64,000 nt of DNA from Candidatus Omnitrophota bacterium (GCA_041651115.1 JBAZJY010000001.1:581165-645164), one strand, 5' to 3'. Positions 1 through 10,733 are shown, counted from the first letter of the stretch. A program made the numbers and translations. Notes: a model not told the origin generated them from the letters alone.

Positions 1-480
1 CAGGTCGGCGGGAGTGATCTTGAAATTATTTTGCGCCGCGGTTTTGATGAATATGGGCCTTCCTTCGCAAAGGTTTACCATCTCTGGGTAACTTACCCAG
101 TACGGAGAGGGGATCAACACTTCATCTCCGCGCTTGATCAGCGCCATTAATATGTTAAAGATGCTGTGTTTTGCCCCGCAGGAAACTACGATCTGGGAAG
201 GCTCGTATTCCAGGGAATTATCCCGTTTGAATTTTTCGCAGATGGCTTTTTTTAAATCGGGAATGCCGGTGGTGGGGGTGTATTTGGTAAAGCCTGATTT
301 GATCGCGGCAATCGCCGCTTCCTTGATAAAATCCGGGGTATCAAAATCCGGCTCGCCCGCGCCGAAACTTACGATATCCTGGCCTTCGGCCTTAAGTTTC
401 TTTGCCTTGGAAGTTATGGCAAGCGTGGACGACGGATGGATCTTCTTTAGACGATCGGATACCCGCGTGTCTATTTTCAT
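1..480 (-). CDS. class I pyridoxal-phosphate aminotransferase (aspartate/aromatic family), N-terminal part; gene continues past window start
   Basis: Manual minus-strand translation from ATG at 478-480: MKIDTRVSDRLKKIHPSSTLAITSKAKKLKAEGQDIVSFGAGEPDFDTPDFIKEAAIAAIKSGFTKYTPTTGIPDLKKAICEKF..., typical AspC-like N-terminus. Not in ORF track because it runs off the window edge. Confidence 0.7.
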   Translation of the reverse strand, partial: MKIDTRVSDRLKKIHPSSTLAITSKAKKLKAEGQDIVSFGAGEPDFDTPDFIKEAAIAAIKSGFTKYTPTTGIPDLKKAICEKFKRDNSLEYEPSQIVVSCGAKHSIFNILMALIKRGDEVLIPSPYWVSYPEMVNLCEGRPIFIKTAAQNNFKITPADL

Positions 481-483
481 TTC

Positions 484-1053
484 TCAAAGAGAATCTCTCT
501 CTTTTTTGAATATGTTCCTGATCCCGCCGAGGAATTTCTTGGCCGGTTTTTTATTTTCGGGGTGTTTTTCTTCCTTGACCGCCGTATCCGTGCGCGGCTT
601 CTGCTTGTGTTCTTCAGCCGACTGTTCCGACGGTTTTCCCGCTGTTTTTTCTTCGCCTTTAACAGCTTCTTTTTTCGGCTTCTTGACTTCTCTTTTCTTG
701 ATCTCGGTAAATTCGAGGATAGACATTTCAGCGCCGTCTCCCCGCCTGTTGCCCAAACCGATCACGCGCACGTAACCGCCTGTGCGCTTGGCAAACCGCG
801 GGCCGATATCCTTGAACAGGGCGCTTACAAGCTTATGGTCTCCCAGGATCTGAAAAGCCCGCCTTCTGGCAGTAAGCGTATCTTCTTTTGCTAAAGTGAT
901 CAGCTTTTCTACCAAAGGCTTAACCGCCATCGCCCTATGTTTTGTAGTTTTGATGGACTGGTTAATAAGCACGCTTCGCGCCATGCTTATCATCGTGGCC
1001 TTATACCAGCTTGTAAAACGGTTTAACTGCAGTCGTTTATCTTTATGTCTCAT
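484..1053 (-). CDS. rplQ: 50S ribosomal protein L17 with ~70 aa Lys/Glu-rich C-terminal extension
   Basis: ORF track 189 aa; N-terminal 120 aa match L17 (RHKDKRLQLNR...GGYVRVI); last gene of alpha operon after rpoA. Confidence 0.9.
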   Translation of the reverse strand: MRHKDKRLQLNRFTSWYKATMISMARSVLINQSIKTTKHRAMAVKPLVEKLITLAKEDTLTARRRAFQILGDHKLVSALFKDIGPRFAKRTGGYVRVIGLGNRRGDGAEMSILEFTEIKKREVKKPKKEAVKGEEKTAGKPSEQSAEEHKQKPRTDTAVKEEKHPENKKPAKKFLGGIRNIFKKERDSL

Positions 1054-1072
1054 TTCTCCTCGCCTGTGATTG

Positions 1073-2062
1073 CTATTTCTTTATTTTTTTCGGGTCAACC
1101 TGCATGCCTAAAGCAAGGCCCATACCCGCAAGAAGCTCTTTGATTTCCGTTAATGATTTTTTGCCGAAATTCTTGAATCCCAGCATTTCCTCTTCGCCTC
1201 TCCTGACCAGGTCGCCGATGATCTTGATATTGGCTTCCCTAAGGCAGTTTGAGCTCCTGACCGAAAGTTCCAACTCCGATATCGGCAGCCTTAATTTTTC
1301 GTAGAGGACAACTTCTTCCTTGGTCATCTCCGGCTCTTCCTCTTCAATGTCTTCGGGAAGCTGGCCAAAACTGACAAAGATATCCAAATGCCTCTGTAAA
1401 ATATTTGAGGCATACAAGAGCGCGTCTTTAGGGGATATCGCGCCGTTGGTAAAGACCTCAAGGATCAACTTATCGTAATCCGTCCTCTGGCCGACGCGGG
1501 TATTCTCCACGAAGAAATCCACTTTTAGCACCGGAGAAAATATGGAATCAACCGGAATAACTTCCAGCGGATGGTCCTCTTTCTTGTTCTGTTCAGCCGG
1601 CACATAACCCCTGCCCCTTGCCACTTCCATTTCAAGGTGGAACTTGGCATCCTTGGTAAGCGTGGCAATGTGCAATTCGGGATTAATGATCTCAATGGTG
1701 TCGTCTGCCTCAATGTCCTTTGCCTTGATCTCGCCCTTTGTGTTCTTTTTGATGTAGATCGTCTTGGGGATCTTGGAATGGGAATTGATCACCAGGTTCT
1801 TTATGTTCAGGATGATCTCGGTAACGTCTTCCAGCACGCCGGGGATAGAAGAAAATTCATGGCTTACGCCGTCGAATTTCACCGCGGTGACCGCGCTGCC
1901 TTCAATAGACGACAAAAGCACCCTGCGCAGGGAATTGCCGAGGGTTACGCCATAGCCTCTTTCAAAAGGCGCGGCGATGAATTTCCCGTACGTGTTGGTG
2001 TAAGTGGCCTCGTCGCAATCAAGCCTTTTCGGTAACTGAAAATCTCTCCATTTTATACCCAT
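1073..2062 (-). CDS. rpoA: DNA-directed RNA polymerase subunit alpha
   Basis: 329 aa, alpha NTD/CTD motifs, position after rpsD. Confidence 0.95.
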   Translation of the reverse strand: MGIKWRDFQLPKRLDCDEATYTNTYGKFIAAPFERGYGVTLGNSLRRVLLSSIEGSAVTAVKFDGVSHEFSSIPGVLEDVTEIILNIKNLVINSHSKIPKTIYIKKNTKGEIKAKDIEADDTIEIINPELHIATLTKDAKFHLEMEVARGRGYVPAEQNKKEDHPLEVIPVDSIFSPVLKVDFFVENTRVGQRTDYDKLILEVFTNGAISPKDALLYASNILQRHLDIFVSFGQLPEDIEEEEPEMTKEEVVLYEKLRLPISELELSVRSSNCLREANIKIIGDLVRRGEEEMLGFKNFGKKSLTEIKELLAGMGLALGMQVDPKKIKK

Positions 2063-2081
2063 CTAAAACCTCCCTAAATTA

Positions 2082-2708
2082 TTACTTGGAATATAACTCG
2101 ACTATCAGCTGTTCCTGTATCGCGCTTTCGGAATCTTCTTTTTCCGGAAGCCTTAAAACCTTGGCCTTCATTTCAGTGGCGTTGAATTCAAGCCACGCAG
2201 GGACGGTCCTGTCCTTGCAGATCTCTATGTTCTCTTTGATCTTCTTTAGCGCCTTTTCTTTTGCTTTAAGCTCAACAATATCGTCCTTGTCCACGAGGAA
2301 CGAAGGGATATTCGTGCGGCGGGAATTCACGTATATGAAATTATGGCGCACTACCTGCCTTGCCTGAACGCGTGAACTGGCCAGGCCCATCCTGAAAACG
2401 ACGTTGTCCAGCCTTCTCTCCAGCAATTGCAGGAGGATGCGGCCGGTAACGCCCTTGGTGCGGGCAGCCTTTTCAAAATATCTGCGGAATTGGTTCTCCA
2501 GCACGCCATACATCCACTTTACTTTTTGCTTCTCCCTCATCTGCAGGCCGTAGTTGGAAAGCTTGATCCTATTCTGGCCGTGCTGACCGGGGGCAAAAGC
2601 CCTCTTTGCATACCCGCATTTAGGCGTAAAACAACGCGGGCCTTTTAAGAATAATTTTTCGCCAGCCCTGCGGCAAAGCCTGCAGTTGGCGCCAGTATAT
2701 CGAGCCAT
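2082..2708 (-). CDS. rpsD: 30S ribosomal protein S4
   Basis: 208 aa, MARYTGANCRLCRR... zinc-ribbon N-terminus and S4 domain. Confidence 0.95.
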   Translation of the reverse strand: MARYTGANCRLCRRAGEKLFLKGPRCFTPKCGYAKRAFAPGQHGQNRIKLSNYGLQMREKQKVKWMYGVLENQFRRYFEKAARTKGVTGRILLQLLERRLDNVVFRMGLASSRVQARQVVRHNFIYVNSRRTNIPSFLVDKDDIVELKAKEKALKKIKENIEICKDRTVPAWLEFNATEMKAKVLRLPEKEDSESAIQEQLIVELYSK

Positions 2709-2711
2709 TTA

Positions 2712-3101
2712 CTATACTCTCCTTTTCTTTTTCGGGCGGCAGCCGTTATGCGGAATAGGAGTGATATCCCGGATAGAAGTTATTACCAGCCCCGATGCCT
2801 GAAGCGCCCTGATCGCCGATTCGCGGCCGAATCCCGGGCCCTTTACATAGACGTCCACTTCTTTGATCCCAATCTCTTTTGCTTTTCTGGCGGCATCCGA
2901 AGCTGCTATCTGCGCTGCAAAAGGCGTGGATTTTTTTGAACCGCTGTAGCCGACAATACCCGGCGCAGACCATGCCAGGGTATTGCCCTGCCTGTCGGTT
3001 ATATTGATGATCGTATTATTAAAACTTGCCAGGATATGGGCGATGCCCTGCGTAACGCCCCTGGCCATTTTTTTCTTTTTTGCCTTTTCTTTTGTAGCCA
3101 T
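2712..3101 (-). CDS. rpsK: 30S ribosomal protein S11
   Basis: 129 aa, S11 signature ([18 protein letters not shown]). Confidence 0.95.
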   Translation of the reverse strand: MATKEKAKKKKMARGVTQGIAHILASFNNTIINITDRQGNTLAWSAPGIVGYSGSKKSTPFAAQIAASDAARKAKEIGIKEVDVYVKGPGFGRESAIRALQASGLVITSIRDITPIPHNGCRPKKKRRV

Positions 3102-3115
3102 TAATTATTACTCCT

Positions 3116-3517
3116 TTACTTTGCAGCCGGTTTCTTATCGTCAGCCTTCTTGATCACCGCCATATTGCCGCGGCGCGGGCCTTTACGCGTCCTGGAATTA
3201 GTCCTTGTGCGCTGGCCCCTCACAGGCAGGCCCTTTTTATGGCGCATACCGCGCCAGGCTCCGACATCCATCAGGCGCTTGATATTCTGTGAAATTTCAC
3301 GCCGGAGATCGCCTTCTACCTTATAATTTGCCTTTTGGATGATACCGGTGATATGCAAGATCTCCGCTTCCGTCAGGTCCTTGGCGCGTTTGCCGGGATC
3401 GATCCCTGCTTCTTTAAGTATTTCGTTGGACAATGCCCTGCCCACTCCAAATAAATACATCAAAGCGATCTCAATCCTTTTTTCCTTTGGGATATCAATA
3501 CCTAAAATTCTCGGCAC
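3116..3517 (-). CDS. rpsM: 30S ribosomal protein S13
   Basis: 133 aa, [14 protein letters not shown]... S13 N-terminus. Confidence 0.95.
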   Translation of the reverse strand: MPRILGIDIPKEKRIEIALMYLFGVGRALSNEILKEAGIDPGKRAKDLTEAEILHITGIIQKANYKVEGDLRREISQNIKRLMDVGAWRGMRHKKGLPVRGQRTRTNSRTRKGPRRGNMAVIKKADDKKPAAK

Positions 3518-3527
3518 CTTGTTCCTC

Positions 3528-3641
3528 CTATCCTTGCCTCTGTTTATGCTTAGGATTCGCGCATAGGACCCTTACCACGCCCCTGCGCCTGATGATCTTA
3601 CACTTATCGCAAATCTTTTTTACCGACGATTTTACTTTCAT
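3528..3641 (-). CDS. rpmJ: 50S ribosomal protein L36 (Cys-containing, zinc-binding form)
   Basis: Manual translation of minus strand in the rpsM-infA gap: [37 protein letters not shown] (37 aa); below ORF-track size cutoff. Confidence 0.9.
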   Translation of the reverse strand: MKVKSSVKKICDKCKIIRRRGVVRVLCANPKHKQRQG

Positions 3642-3652
3642 TATGGCCTCAC

Positions 3653-3871
3653 TTATTTGATTCTAAACGTTATCCTACCCCTGCTTAGATCATAAGGGGA
3701 AAGTTCCAGCTTTACCTTATCTCCGGGCAGTATTCTGATGAAATTCATCCTCATCTTGCCGGAAACATGGGCAAGCACAACATGCCCGTTCTCCAGCTCT
3801 ACCCTGAACATCGCGTTAGGCAGCGCTTCAATGATCTTGCCTTCCGTCTCAATAAGGTCTTCTTTAGCCAT
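3653..3871 (-). CDS. infA: translation initiation factor IF-1
   Basis: 72 aa, [30 protein letters not shown]... Confidence 0.95.
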   Translation of the reverse strand: MAKEDLIETEGKIIEALPNAMFRVELENGHVVLAHVSGKMRMNFIRILPGDKVKLELSPYDLSRGRITFRIK

Positions 3872-4619
3872 CTATGGGTGTCAGTATCTCCGGGCCGTTT
3901 TCTGTCACGGCAACGGTCTCTTCAAAATGCGCCGAAGGAAGGCCATCCCTCGTTACCGCTGTCCAGCCGTTTTCCATTATCTCACATTCCCACTCGCCCA
4001 GATTTACCATCGGTTCGATGGCAAGCACCATGCCGCTTTTGAGCGGCTGGTTCTGGCGGGGATTGACAAAGTTCGGTATTTCCGGCTCCTCATGAAGGTT
4101 TATGCCTATGCCGTGGCCGACAAACTGCCGCACCACGGAAAAACCGTTTTTTTCCACGCAACCCTGTATCGCTTGAGATATGTCCCTGATCCGGTTGTCA
4201 ATGCGTGCTTGTTTTACGCCTTCAGAAAGAGCAGTCCGGGAAACCTCGATCAACTTCTTTAAATCAGGGTGTATCCTGCCTACGCCTACGGTGATTGCCG
4301 CGTCGGAAAAATACCCCTCGTAATTTACTCCCATGTCAACGCTGACAATGTCGCCTTCCGCGAGCTTCCTGGCGGAGGGTATGCCATGCACTACTTCCTC
4401 GTTGACGGAAACGCAAATATTTGCCGGGAACCCTTTGTAACCTTTAAATGCCGGCAAGCCGCCTTCTTTAAGGATCAACTCCCCTGCCAGCCGGTCAAGC
4501 TCAACCGTGGATATGCCCGCTTTTATGCACTGCCTTAATTGCTGCATTACCCGGCCGAGGATCCGGCCTGAGGCGCGCATCATCTCTAAGTCCCGCTCAG
4601 ACTTTAAGGGGATCATCAA
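3864..4619 (-). CDS. map: methionine aminopeptidase type I
   Basis: 251 aa, MetAP metal-ligand motifs; position between adk and infA. Confidence 0.9.
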   Translation of the reverse strand: MMIPLKSERDLEMMRASGRILGRVMQQLRQCIKAGISTVELDRLAGELILKEGGLPAFKGYKGFPANICVSVNEEVVHGIPSARKLAEGDIVSVDMGVNYEGYFSDAAITVGVGRIHPDLKKLIEVSRTALSEGVKQARIDNRIRDISQAIQGCVEKNGFSVVRQFVGHGIGINLHEEPEIPNFVNPRQNQPLKSGMVLAIEPMVNLGEWECEIMENGWTAVTRDGLPSAHFEETVAVTENGPEILTPIDG

Positions 4620-4621
4620 AT

Positions 4622-5263
4622 TTACTGCACCAGGCTGATAATTTTATTCAAAACCGTTTCCGCTTCTTCATCGGCGGAGATCTGCTGCAATTTATTTTTC
4701 GCCCGGTAATACTCAATCAGGGGCGCTGATTCTTTACGGTAAACATCCAGCCGCTTCTTTATCGTCTCTTCTTTGTCGTCCTGCCTCTGGTAAAGCTGGC
4801 TGCCGCAATTGTCGCAGACCATATCTTTTTTCGGCGGCATGTTCTTAATGTGATAATTGGCATTGCACCCCTTGCAGGCAAGCCTGCCGGAAAGCCGCTG
4901 AATGATCACTGCTTCACTGGTGTCCAGGTCGATCACGCGGTCTATATCAATACCCTTCTTCTTAAATAACCCGTCTAAGGATTCAGCCTGGCTGATATTA
5001 CGGGGATAACCGTCTAAAATAAAACCGTTTTTTGTATCCGGTTCGTCAAGCCTTCCGGAAACCATCCGGGTAACCAGCTCATCCGGAACAAGCAGCCCCT
5101 TATTCATATAATCCTTTGCCTGTCTGCCTAATTCCGTTCCATTGGCAACGTTTTGGCGAAGGATATCGCCCGTAGAGATGTGGGCCAGGCCAAGTTTTTT
5201 TGCCAGTGTCTTTGCCTGCGTCCCCTTTCCCGCTCCGGGAGGGCCCATTAATATGATCTTCAT
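4622..5263 (-). CDS. adk: adenylate kinase (zinc-lid form)
   Basis: 213 aa, P-loop GPPGAGKGTQ and CxxC...CxxC lid. Confidence 0.95.
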   Translation of the reverse strand: MKIILMGPPGAGKGTQAKTLAKKLGLAHISTGDILRQNVANGTELGRQAKDYMNKGLLVPDELVTRMVSGRLDEPDTKNGFILDGYPRNISQAESLDGLFKKKGIDIDRVIDLDTSEAVIIQRLSGRLACKGCNANYHIKNMPPKKDMVCDNCGSQLYQRQDDKEETIKKRLDVYRKESAPLIEYYRAKNKLQQISADEEAETVLNKIISLVQ

Positions 5264-6610
5264 TTATCTTCTGCCTTTGATCTTGCCTGCTTTGATAAAG
5301 CCTTCGTAATGGTGCATCAGAAGGTGCGATTCAATTTGTTTTATGGTATCCAGCATAACTCCGACGGTGATCAGTATGCCCGTGCCTCCGAAGAACGAAG
5401 CTACGAGATAAGGGATATTCAACCAGGCCATAATGAAGTCCGGCAAGATCGCGATCACCGCGATAAATATCGCGCCGGCAAGGGTGATCCTGGTCATGAT
5501 AAAATCCAGGTATTCGGCAGTGGTAACGCCCGGCCGTATGCCGGGGATAAAACCGCCGTATTTTTTCATGTTCTCCGAAAGGTCAACCGGGTTGAACACG
5601 ATCGCGGTATAAAAATAACAAAAGAAAATTATCAGCAGCGCGTAAACCGAAGTATATAAAAGATGGCCTCTCATCAGGCCCTGCGCCAGCCTCTGGAACG
5701 CGGGGTTGGGGATGAATGAAGCCAGCGTCGCCGGAAAAAGGATAATTGACTGCGCGAAAATTATCGCGATGACTCCCGACGTATCTACCTTAAGCGGTAT
5801 GTAAGTGCTTTGCCCGCCGTAGATCTTCCTGCCGACTACCCGGCGCGCGTACTGCACCGGAATTTTTCGCTGGCCCTGCGTGATCATGATTACCGCGAAT
5901 ACCACGCCCACAAGCAAGGCTGCCATAATGATCAGCGTAAACGGCTGGATCTGCCTGCGCGACGGAGCAAAAGGCGAGATCAAGATGAACAACTGATGGA
6001 ACGCCGAAGGTATCCTGGAAATGATGCCTGCGGTGATCACCAGCGATATGCCGTTACCAATGCCCCTTTCCTGTATCTGCTCGCCCAGCCACATAATGAA
6101 TATCGTGCCGGTGGTAAGGGTAAGCACGGTCAGGATCCTGAAACCCCAACCCGGGGACATCACGATCTTTAAGCCTTCAAACCGCTCCGGGTTCTCCAGC
6201 CACAGCGCGATAAAGTAAGACTGGATTATAGAAAGCACGACTGTGCCGTAACGGGTGAATTGATTTATCTTTTCGTAACCTGCCTTGCCTTCTTTCGCCA
6301 GTTTTTCCAGCGCCGGGATAACCGCGGTCAAAAGCTGCATGATAATTGAAGATGAAATATAGGGCATGATGCCCAAGGCGAATATAGTCAGCCTTTCCAT
6401 TGCCCCGCCTGAAAACATATTGATTATGCCAAAGAGCGCCCCGCCTTGAGTCTTGGCGATACGGGCAAAAAATTCCGCCAGCGCCGCTCCGTCAATGCCC
6501 GGTGTCGGCACATAGCAGCCGACGCGGTATACCGTGATCAATGCGAGCGTAACGATTAAGCGTTTTTTTAAATCGGGGATTTTAAATGAATTAGCTAATG
6601 CGCTAAGCAT
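5264..6610 (-). CDS. secY: preprotein translocase subunit SecY
   Basis: 448 aa multi-TM protein, canonical position after rplO. Confidence 0.95.
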   Translation of the reverse strand: MLSALANSFKIPDLKKRLIVTLALITVYRVGCYVPTPGIDGAALAEFFARIAKTQGGALFGIINMFSGGAMERLTIFALGIMPYISSSIIMQLLTAVIPALEKLAKEGKAGYEKINQFTRYGTVVLSIIQSYFIALWLENPERFEGLKIVMSPGWGFRILTVLTLTTGTIFIMWLGEQIQERGIGNGISLVITAGIISRIPSAFHQLFILISPFAPSRRQIQPFTLIIMAALLVGVVFAVIMITQGQRKIPVQYARRVVGRKIYGGQSTYIPLKVDTSGVIAIIFAQSIILFPATLASFIPNPAFQRLAQGLMRGHLLYTSVYALLIIFFCYFYTAIVFNPVDLSENMKKYGGFIPGIRPGVTTAEYLDFIMTRITLAGAIFIAVIAILPDFIMAWLNIPYLVASFFGGTGILITVGVMLDTIKQIESHLLMHHYEGFIKAGKIKGRR

Positions 6611-7178
6611 TCAGGACCTCGAAACTGCCACCTGCACCCTTAATCTTTTCCTGCGCTGACTTTGAAAACGCGTTTGCCTGCACGGTAACTGCGGATTTGA
6701 TCTGGCCTTCGCCGAGGATCTTTACCGGGATGTGCCTAGTACGGATCAAACCGCTTTTTTCCAAAACTTCGGGATTTATCACTGTATCCTTGATCTTATT
6801 CAAGGCATCAAGGTTAACGATCTGAAATTCTTTTCTGAATCTGCTCACGAACCCGCGCTTGGCAATCCTGCGTATTAAAGGGCTCTGTCCGCCTTCAAAT
6901 CCCGCGTACATATGCCTGCCTGCGCGCGAGGTCTGGCCTTTGCTGCCGCGCGTGGAAGTCTTTCCGTGGCCGGAACTCGGGCCGCGGCCTAAAATTCTTT
7001 TCTTCTGATGCGCTCCCCTGGGCGCTTTTAAATTATGCAGGCCGAAAATTTCGGTTTTCGGCGTTTGAGGCCCTGCCGGTTTTTTAACCCTGCGCACGCG
7101 TACGGGTTTTACCTGCGCTTTTACCGGTTCAGCTGCTGGTTTTTTTGCTGCTTTATGTTTAAAAATTCTTCTTTCCAT
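6603..7178 (-). CDS. rplO: 50S ribosomal protein L15 with ~45 aa basic N-terminal extension (or internal alternative start)
   Basis: 191 aa; conserved L15 core starts near LHNLKAPRGAHQKKRILGRGPSSGHGKT; directly follows rpsE with no room for rpmD (L30). Confidence 0.85.
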   Translation of the reverse strand: MERRIFKHKAAKKPAAEPVKAQVKPVRVRRVKKPAGPQTPKTEIFGLHNLKAPRGAHQKKRILGRGPSSGHGKTSTRGSKGQTSRAGRHMYAGFEGGQSPLIRRIAKRGFVSRFRKEFQIVNLDALNKIKDTVINPEVLEKSGLIRTRHIPVKILGEGQIKSAVTVQANAFSKSAQEKIKGAGGSFEVLNA

Positions 7179-7181
7179 AGA

Positions 7182-7673
7182 TTAACTCTCTGCCTTAGGT
7201 CCCGCGGGAGCCTGTGCTTCAAATGTTTTCAGGTTCTTTAGCCCTTCTACCGTTGCCTTAATGACGTTTATAGGATTATTGCTTTTAAGGCACTTAGTAA
7301 GGATATTCTTAATGCCGGCTGCTTCGCAAATCGCCCTGACCGGGCCGGCAGCAATAACGCCGGTTCCTTCGGAAGCGGGTTTAAGCAGGACTTTTGCCGC
7401 TCCGTATTCCCCGATGATCTCATGAGGTATGGTTGAACCTTCAAGAGAAACGCGAAATAGCGATTTCTTGGCTTTGGTCAACGATTTCCTGATGGCGTCG
7501 GCAACTTCATTTGCTTTATCCAGGGCAAACCCTACCCTGCCCTTAGTATCGCCTACCACAACCAAAGCGCTGAAATGCAGTTTTTTACCGCCCTTGGTAA
7601 CCTTGGTTACGCGGTTGATGGAAATAACCTTCTCTATTAATTCCGGTTGTTGCTCAATATTTAATTCGCGCAT
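7182..7673 (-). CDS. rpsE: 30S ribosomal protein S5
   Basis: 163 aa, S5 dsRBD and C-terminal domain. Confidence 0.95.
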   Translation of the reverse strand: MRELNIEQQPELIEKVISINRVTKVTKGGKKLHFSALVVVGDTKGRVGFALDKANEVADAIRKSLTKAKKSLFRVSLEGSTIPHEIIGEYGAAKVLLKPASEGTGVIAAGPVRAICEAAGIKNILTKCLKSNNPINVIKATVEGLKNLKTFEAQAPAGPKAES

Positions 7674-7674
7674 T

Positions 7675-8037
7675 TTAAAAGACCAATCCCCCTTTTCTTA
7701 ATCCCTCGGCAAACGCTTTTACTCTGCCGTGATAAAGGTATCCGGCGCGGTCAAATACGATCTGATTGACGCCTTTTGCCTTTGCCCTGCGGGCAAACTC
7801 TTCGCCGAAAAATTCCGCGGCCTTGACATTGCCGGCATAAGGGAACTTTGCCTTGACATCCTTGTCCTGCGTTGATAAAGACAATAGGGTCTTATTTACC
7901 GTATCGTCAACGACCTGCGCGCAAAAGTTTTTCAGGCTGCGGCGCACTACCAGGCGCGGCTTTTCCGCCGTGCCGCTTAAGCCCATACGTATCCTTTTGT
8001 GCCTCTTTAATCTCAATACTACTTTTTTATTTTCCAT
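7675..8037 (-). CDS. rplR: 50S ribosomal protein L18
   Basis: 120 aa L18 family. Confidence 0.9.
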   Translation of the reverse strand: MENKKVVLRLKRHKRIRMGLSGTAEKPRLVVRRSLKNFCAQVVDDTVNKTLLSLSTQDKDVKAKFPYAGNVKAAEFFGEEFARRAKAKGVNQIVFDRAGYLYHGRVKAFAEGLRKGGLVF

Positions 8038-8044
8038 TTTTTCC

Positions 8045-8590
8045 CTATTTAGAAGTCGCCTGCGCCTTGCCGACCTTCTTCTTCACGTATTCGCCGGCAT
8101 AGCGTATGCCTTTTCCTTTGTAAGGTTCAGGCGGATATACGGCGCGGATCTCCGCGGCAATTTCGCCGACTTTTTCTTTATCAATGCCCCTGATCACCAA
8201 TTGCGTGGGTTTTGGGGCTTCGATTTTAATTCCTTCGGGTATGACAAAATTCACCGGATGGGAAAAGCCTAATGCCATGTTTAGCTTATTGCCCTGGATC
8301 TGCGCCTTGAACCCGACACCGATGATCTCTAATTCTTTTACATAGCCTTCACTGACGCCCTTGATCATATTGGCGACCAGCGCGCGGAAAAGGCCGTGCA
8401 AACAACGGTCCTGCTTGGTATCTACTATCCGCGTTATAAAAACTTGATTATCTTTTATTTCAAGCTTAAGCCGGTCGGAAAAAGAACGCGACAACTTACC
8501 CTTAGGCCCTTCAACAGAAAGTATGCCGTCCTTGGCTTCAACCTTTACGTCTTTAGCTATCGCAACCGGTTTTTTTCCTATTCTTGACAT
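8045..8590 (-). CDS. rplF: 50S ribosomal protein L6
   Basis: 181 aa, MSRIGKKPV... L6 N-terminus. Confidence 0.95.
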   Translation of the reverse strand: MSRIGKKPVAIAKDVKVEAKDGILSVEGPKGKLSRSFSDRLKLEIKDNQVFITRIVDTKQDRCLHGLFRALVANMIKGVSEGYVKELEIIGVGFKAQIQGNKLNMALGFSHPVNFVIPEGIKIEAPKPTQLVIRGIDKEKVGEIAAEIRAVYPPEPYKGKGIRYAGEYVKKKVGKAQATSK

Positions 8591-8599
8591 ATTCCCTCT

Positions 8600-8995
8600 C
8601 TACCAAATATAACCTATTACTTCTCCGCCAAGTGCCAGCTCCCGCGCTTGCTTATCGGTAACTATGCCCTTGGAGGTAGAAACTACCGCAATGCCTTTTC
8701 CTCTTAAGACTACCGGCACTTTATCCGCCTTAACATATAAACGCAGGCCCGGCCGGGACACCCTCTTAATATTCCTTATCGCGGGCTTGCCGAACAAATA
8801 CCTTAAATATACGCGCAGCAACGCCTGCTTGCTGTCTTCTACGGCTTTGAAGGTCTCAATATAATTCTCTTTCTTAAGTACCTCCAGGATGGCCTTTATC
8901 GTATTTGATGCCGGCACATCTACGCATTCTTTCTTTGCCATAATGGCATTGCGTATGATCGTAAATGTATCCGCGATTAAATCGTTTTTTGACAT
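8600..8995 (-). CDS. rpsH: 30S ribosomal protein S8
   Basis: 131 aa S8 family. Confidence 0.95.
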   Translation of the reverse strand: MSKNDLIADTFTIIRNAIMAKKECVDVPASNTIKAILEVLKKENYIETFKAVEDSKQALLRVYLRYLFGKPAIRNIKRVSRPGLRLYVKADKVPVVLRGKGIAVVSTSKGIVTDKQARELALGGEVIGYIW

Positions 8996-9019
8996 TTTAT
9001 TTTTATGCTCCCTCTTATA

Positions 9020-9205
9020 TTACCAGCTTGCTTTTTTTACGCCCGGTATCAGGCCCTGCCATGCCAATTCCCTGAAACAGATCCGGCATAATTGGAACCT
9101 TCTAAGATACCCGCCGGAGCGGCCGCAAATATGGCAGCGGTTATACTTACGCGCCGTGAACTTTGCCGGCCTTTTCCATCTTGCTAATTGTGAATTTTTT
9201 GCCAT
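9020..9205 (-). CDS. rpsN: 30S ribosomal protein S14 type Z (zinc-binding, 61 aa)
   Basis: 61 aa with CHICGRSGG...CRICFRE Cys4 motif. Confidence 0.9.
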   Translation of the reverse strand: MAKNSQLARWKRPAKFTARKYNRCHICGRSGGYLRRFQLCRICFRELAWQGLIPGVKKASW

Positions 9206-9774
9206 TATTTCTCCGCCTGTTTAAACGGCATGCCAAAAAGCCGCAGTAACTCCCTTGCCTGTTCCTGCGATTTGGCATTCTTGATCACGAAAGTTATGTC
9301 CATACCCTGCGAGCGACTAAGCCTGTCGATCTCCAACTCCGGGAAAATATTCTGTTCCGTAAGCCCCAGCGTATAATTGCCGGAGGCGTCAAAAGAATCA
9401 ACGGGAACGCCCCGGAAGTCGCGTATACGCGGCATCGTTACGTTAAAAAGCCTGTCCATAAACTCATACATCATCGCGCGGCGCAAAGTGACTTTACAGC
9501 CGACCGGCTGGTTTTCCTTGACCTTGAAATTGGAAATAGCTTTCTTTGCCCTGCGCATTACCGGTTTCTGGCCGGTGATGGTAGCCATTTCTTCCATTGC
9601 CTTTTCAAGGATCTTGACGTCTTGCAGCGCCTCGCCTACGCCCATATTCACGACTATTTTTTCTACCCGCGGCACGGCAAACCTGTTTTTAAGCGCAAAC
9701 TTTTCCGTCATCTGCGGGATGATTTCGTTCCTGTATTTTTCCAGTAACCTGGGAGTTGTTTTTTTCTCGCTCAT
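9205..9774 (-). CDS. rplE: 50S ribosomal protein L5
   Basis: 189 aa L5 family. Confidence 0.95.
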   Translation of the reverse strand: MSEKKTTPRLLEKYRNEIIPQMTEKFALKNRFAVPRVEKIVVNMGVGEALQDVKILEKAMEEMATITGQKPVMRRAKKAISNFKVKENQPVGCKVTLRRAMMYEFMDRLFNVTMPRIRDFRGVPVDSFDASGNYTLGLTEQNIFPELEIDRLSRSQGMDITFVIKNAKSQEQARELLRLFGMPFKQAEK

Positions 9775-10085
9775 TATATTAATTCCTTGCAGGCCTTGCA
9801 GACCCGCGACTTAGTCCCGTCTTTTGCAACGCTGAAGCCTACGCGGCTGGGACGGTTGCAATGCTTGCATACAAGCATAATGTTTGAAAGCGCGATAGTG
9901 GACTCAATGGAAACAATGCCGCCCTGCTGGTCCTGCTGGGTTTTGCGCTTGTGCTTCTTAACCATATTCACGCCTTCAACCAGCGCGCGGCCTCTTTCCG
10001 CAAAGACTTCCAGGACCCTGCCCTTTTTGCCTTTGTCTCTGCCTTTTATCGCCTGGACTGTATCGTTCTTTTTTATCCTGAACAT
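9774..10085 (-). CDS. rplX: 50S ribosomal protein L24 with C-terminal CxxC...CxxC zinc-knuckle
   Basis: 103 aa, KOW domain; C-terminal CKHCNRPSRVGFSVAKDGTKSRVCKACKELI. Confidence 0.9.
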   Translation of the reverse strand: MFRIKKNDTVQAIKGRDKGKKGRVLEVFAERGRALVEGVNMVKKHKRKTQQDQQGGIVSIESTIALSNIMLVCKHCNRPSRVGFSVAKDGTKSRVCKACKELI

Positions 10086-10453
10086 TAAATCACCTCGGGT
10101 GCCAAAGATATGATTTTGGTAAAATTCTTTTCCCTTAATTCCCTTGCCACCGGCCCGAAGACGCGCGTGCCGCGGGGGTTATTGGCCGTATCAATAAAAA
10201 CTACCGCATTGCGGTCAAAACGCAGGACCGAACCGTCAGCCCTCATGATCGGGCTCTTGGTCCTTACGATCACCGCTTTTGCTTTTTCGCCTTTTTTGAT
10301 TGCCGCGTCCGGAGAAGATTCCTTGATGTTTACGTTAATCACGTCGCCGATCTTAGCCCAGCTGCAGTTCTTCTTGCCCAATACGCCGATCATCGAGGCG
10401 CGTCTTGCTCCGGTATTGTCTGCTACGTCTAATATTGTCCTTAATTGTATCAT
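10085..10453 (-). CDS. rplN: 50S ribosomal protein L14
   Basis: 122 aa, [17 protein letters not shown]... Confidence 0.95.
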   Translation of the reverse strand: MIQLRTILDVADNTGARRASMIGVLGKKNCSWAKIGDVINVNIKESSPDAAIKKGEKAKAVIVRTKSPIMRADGSVLRFDRNAVVFIDTANNPRGTRVFGPVARELREKNFTKIISLAPEVI

Positions 10454-10454
10454 T

Positions 10455-10730
10455 TTATTCTTCCTTGACGGAAATGTGCGCCGTTTGCGACTTCTTGGTT
10501 ATTTCCACCAGCCGGTAGCGTTTATCCTTTGATATCGGCCGCGTTTCTTCTATGCGCACGATGTCGCCTAATTTAGAAGCGTTCTCTTCATCGTGGACCT
10601 TGAACTTGTTAAACTGTTTGCTGACCCGGTTATACTTAGGATGCTTGGCAATGCGCGTGACCTTTACCACGCGGGTCTTTTGCATCTTATCGCTGACTAC
10701 TTCTCCGGTATATTGCCTTCTCGCGCCCAT
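10455..10730 (-). CDS. rpsQ: 30S ribosomal protein S17
   Basis: 91 aa S17 family. Confidence 0.9.
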   Translation of the reverse strand: MGARRQYTGEVVSDKMQKTRVVKVTRIAKHPKYNRVSKQFNKFKVHDEENASKLGDIVRIEETRPISKDKRYRLVEITKKSQTAHISVKEE

Positions 10731-10733
10731 TAT

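Noticed and set aside
134-775. 213-aa plus-strand ORF at the window start
   Set aside because: It is antisense to the aminotransferase start and to rplQ. The sequence is low-complexity and Ser/Phe/Leu-rich, with no RBS or recognisable domain. The minus-strand genes explain the region fully.
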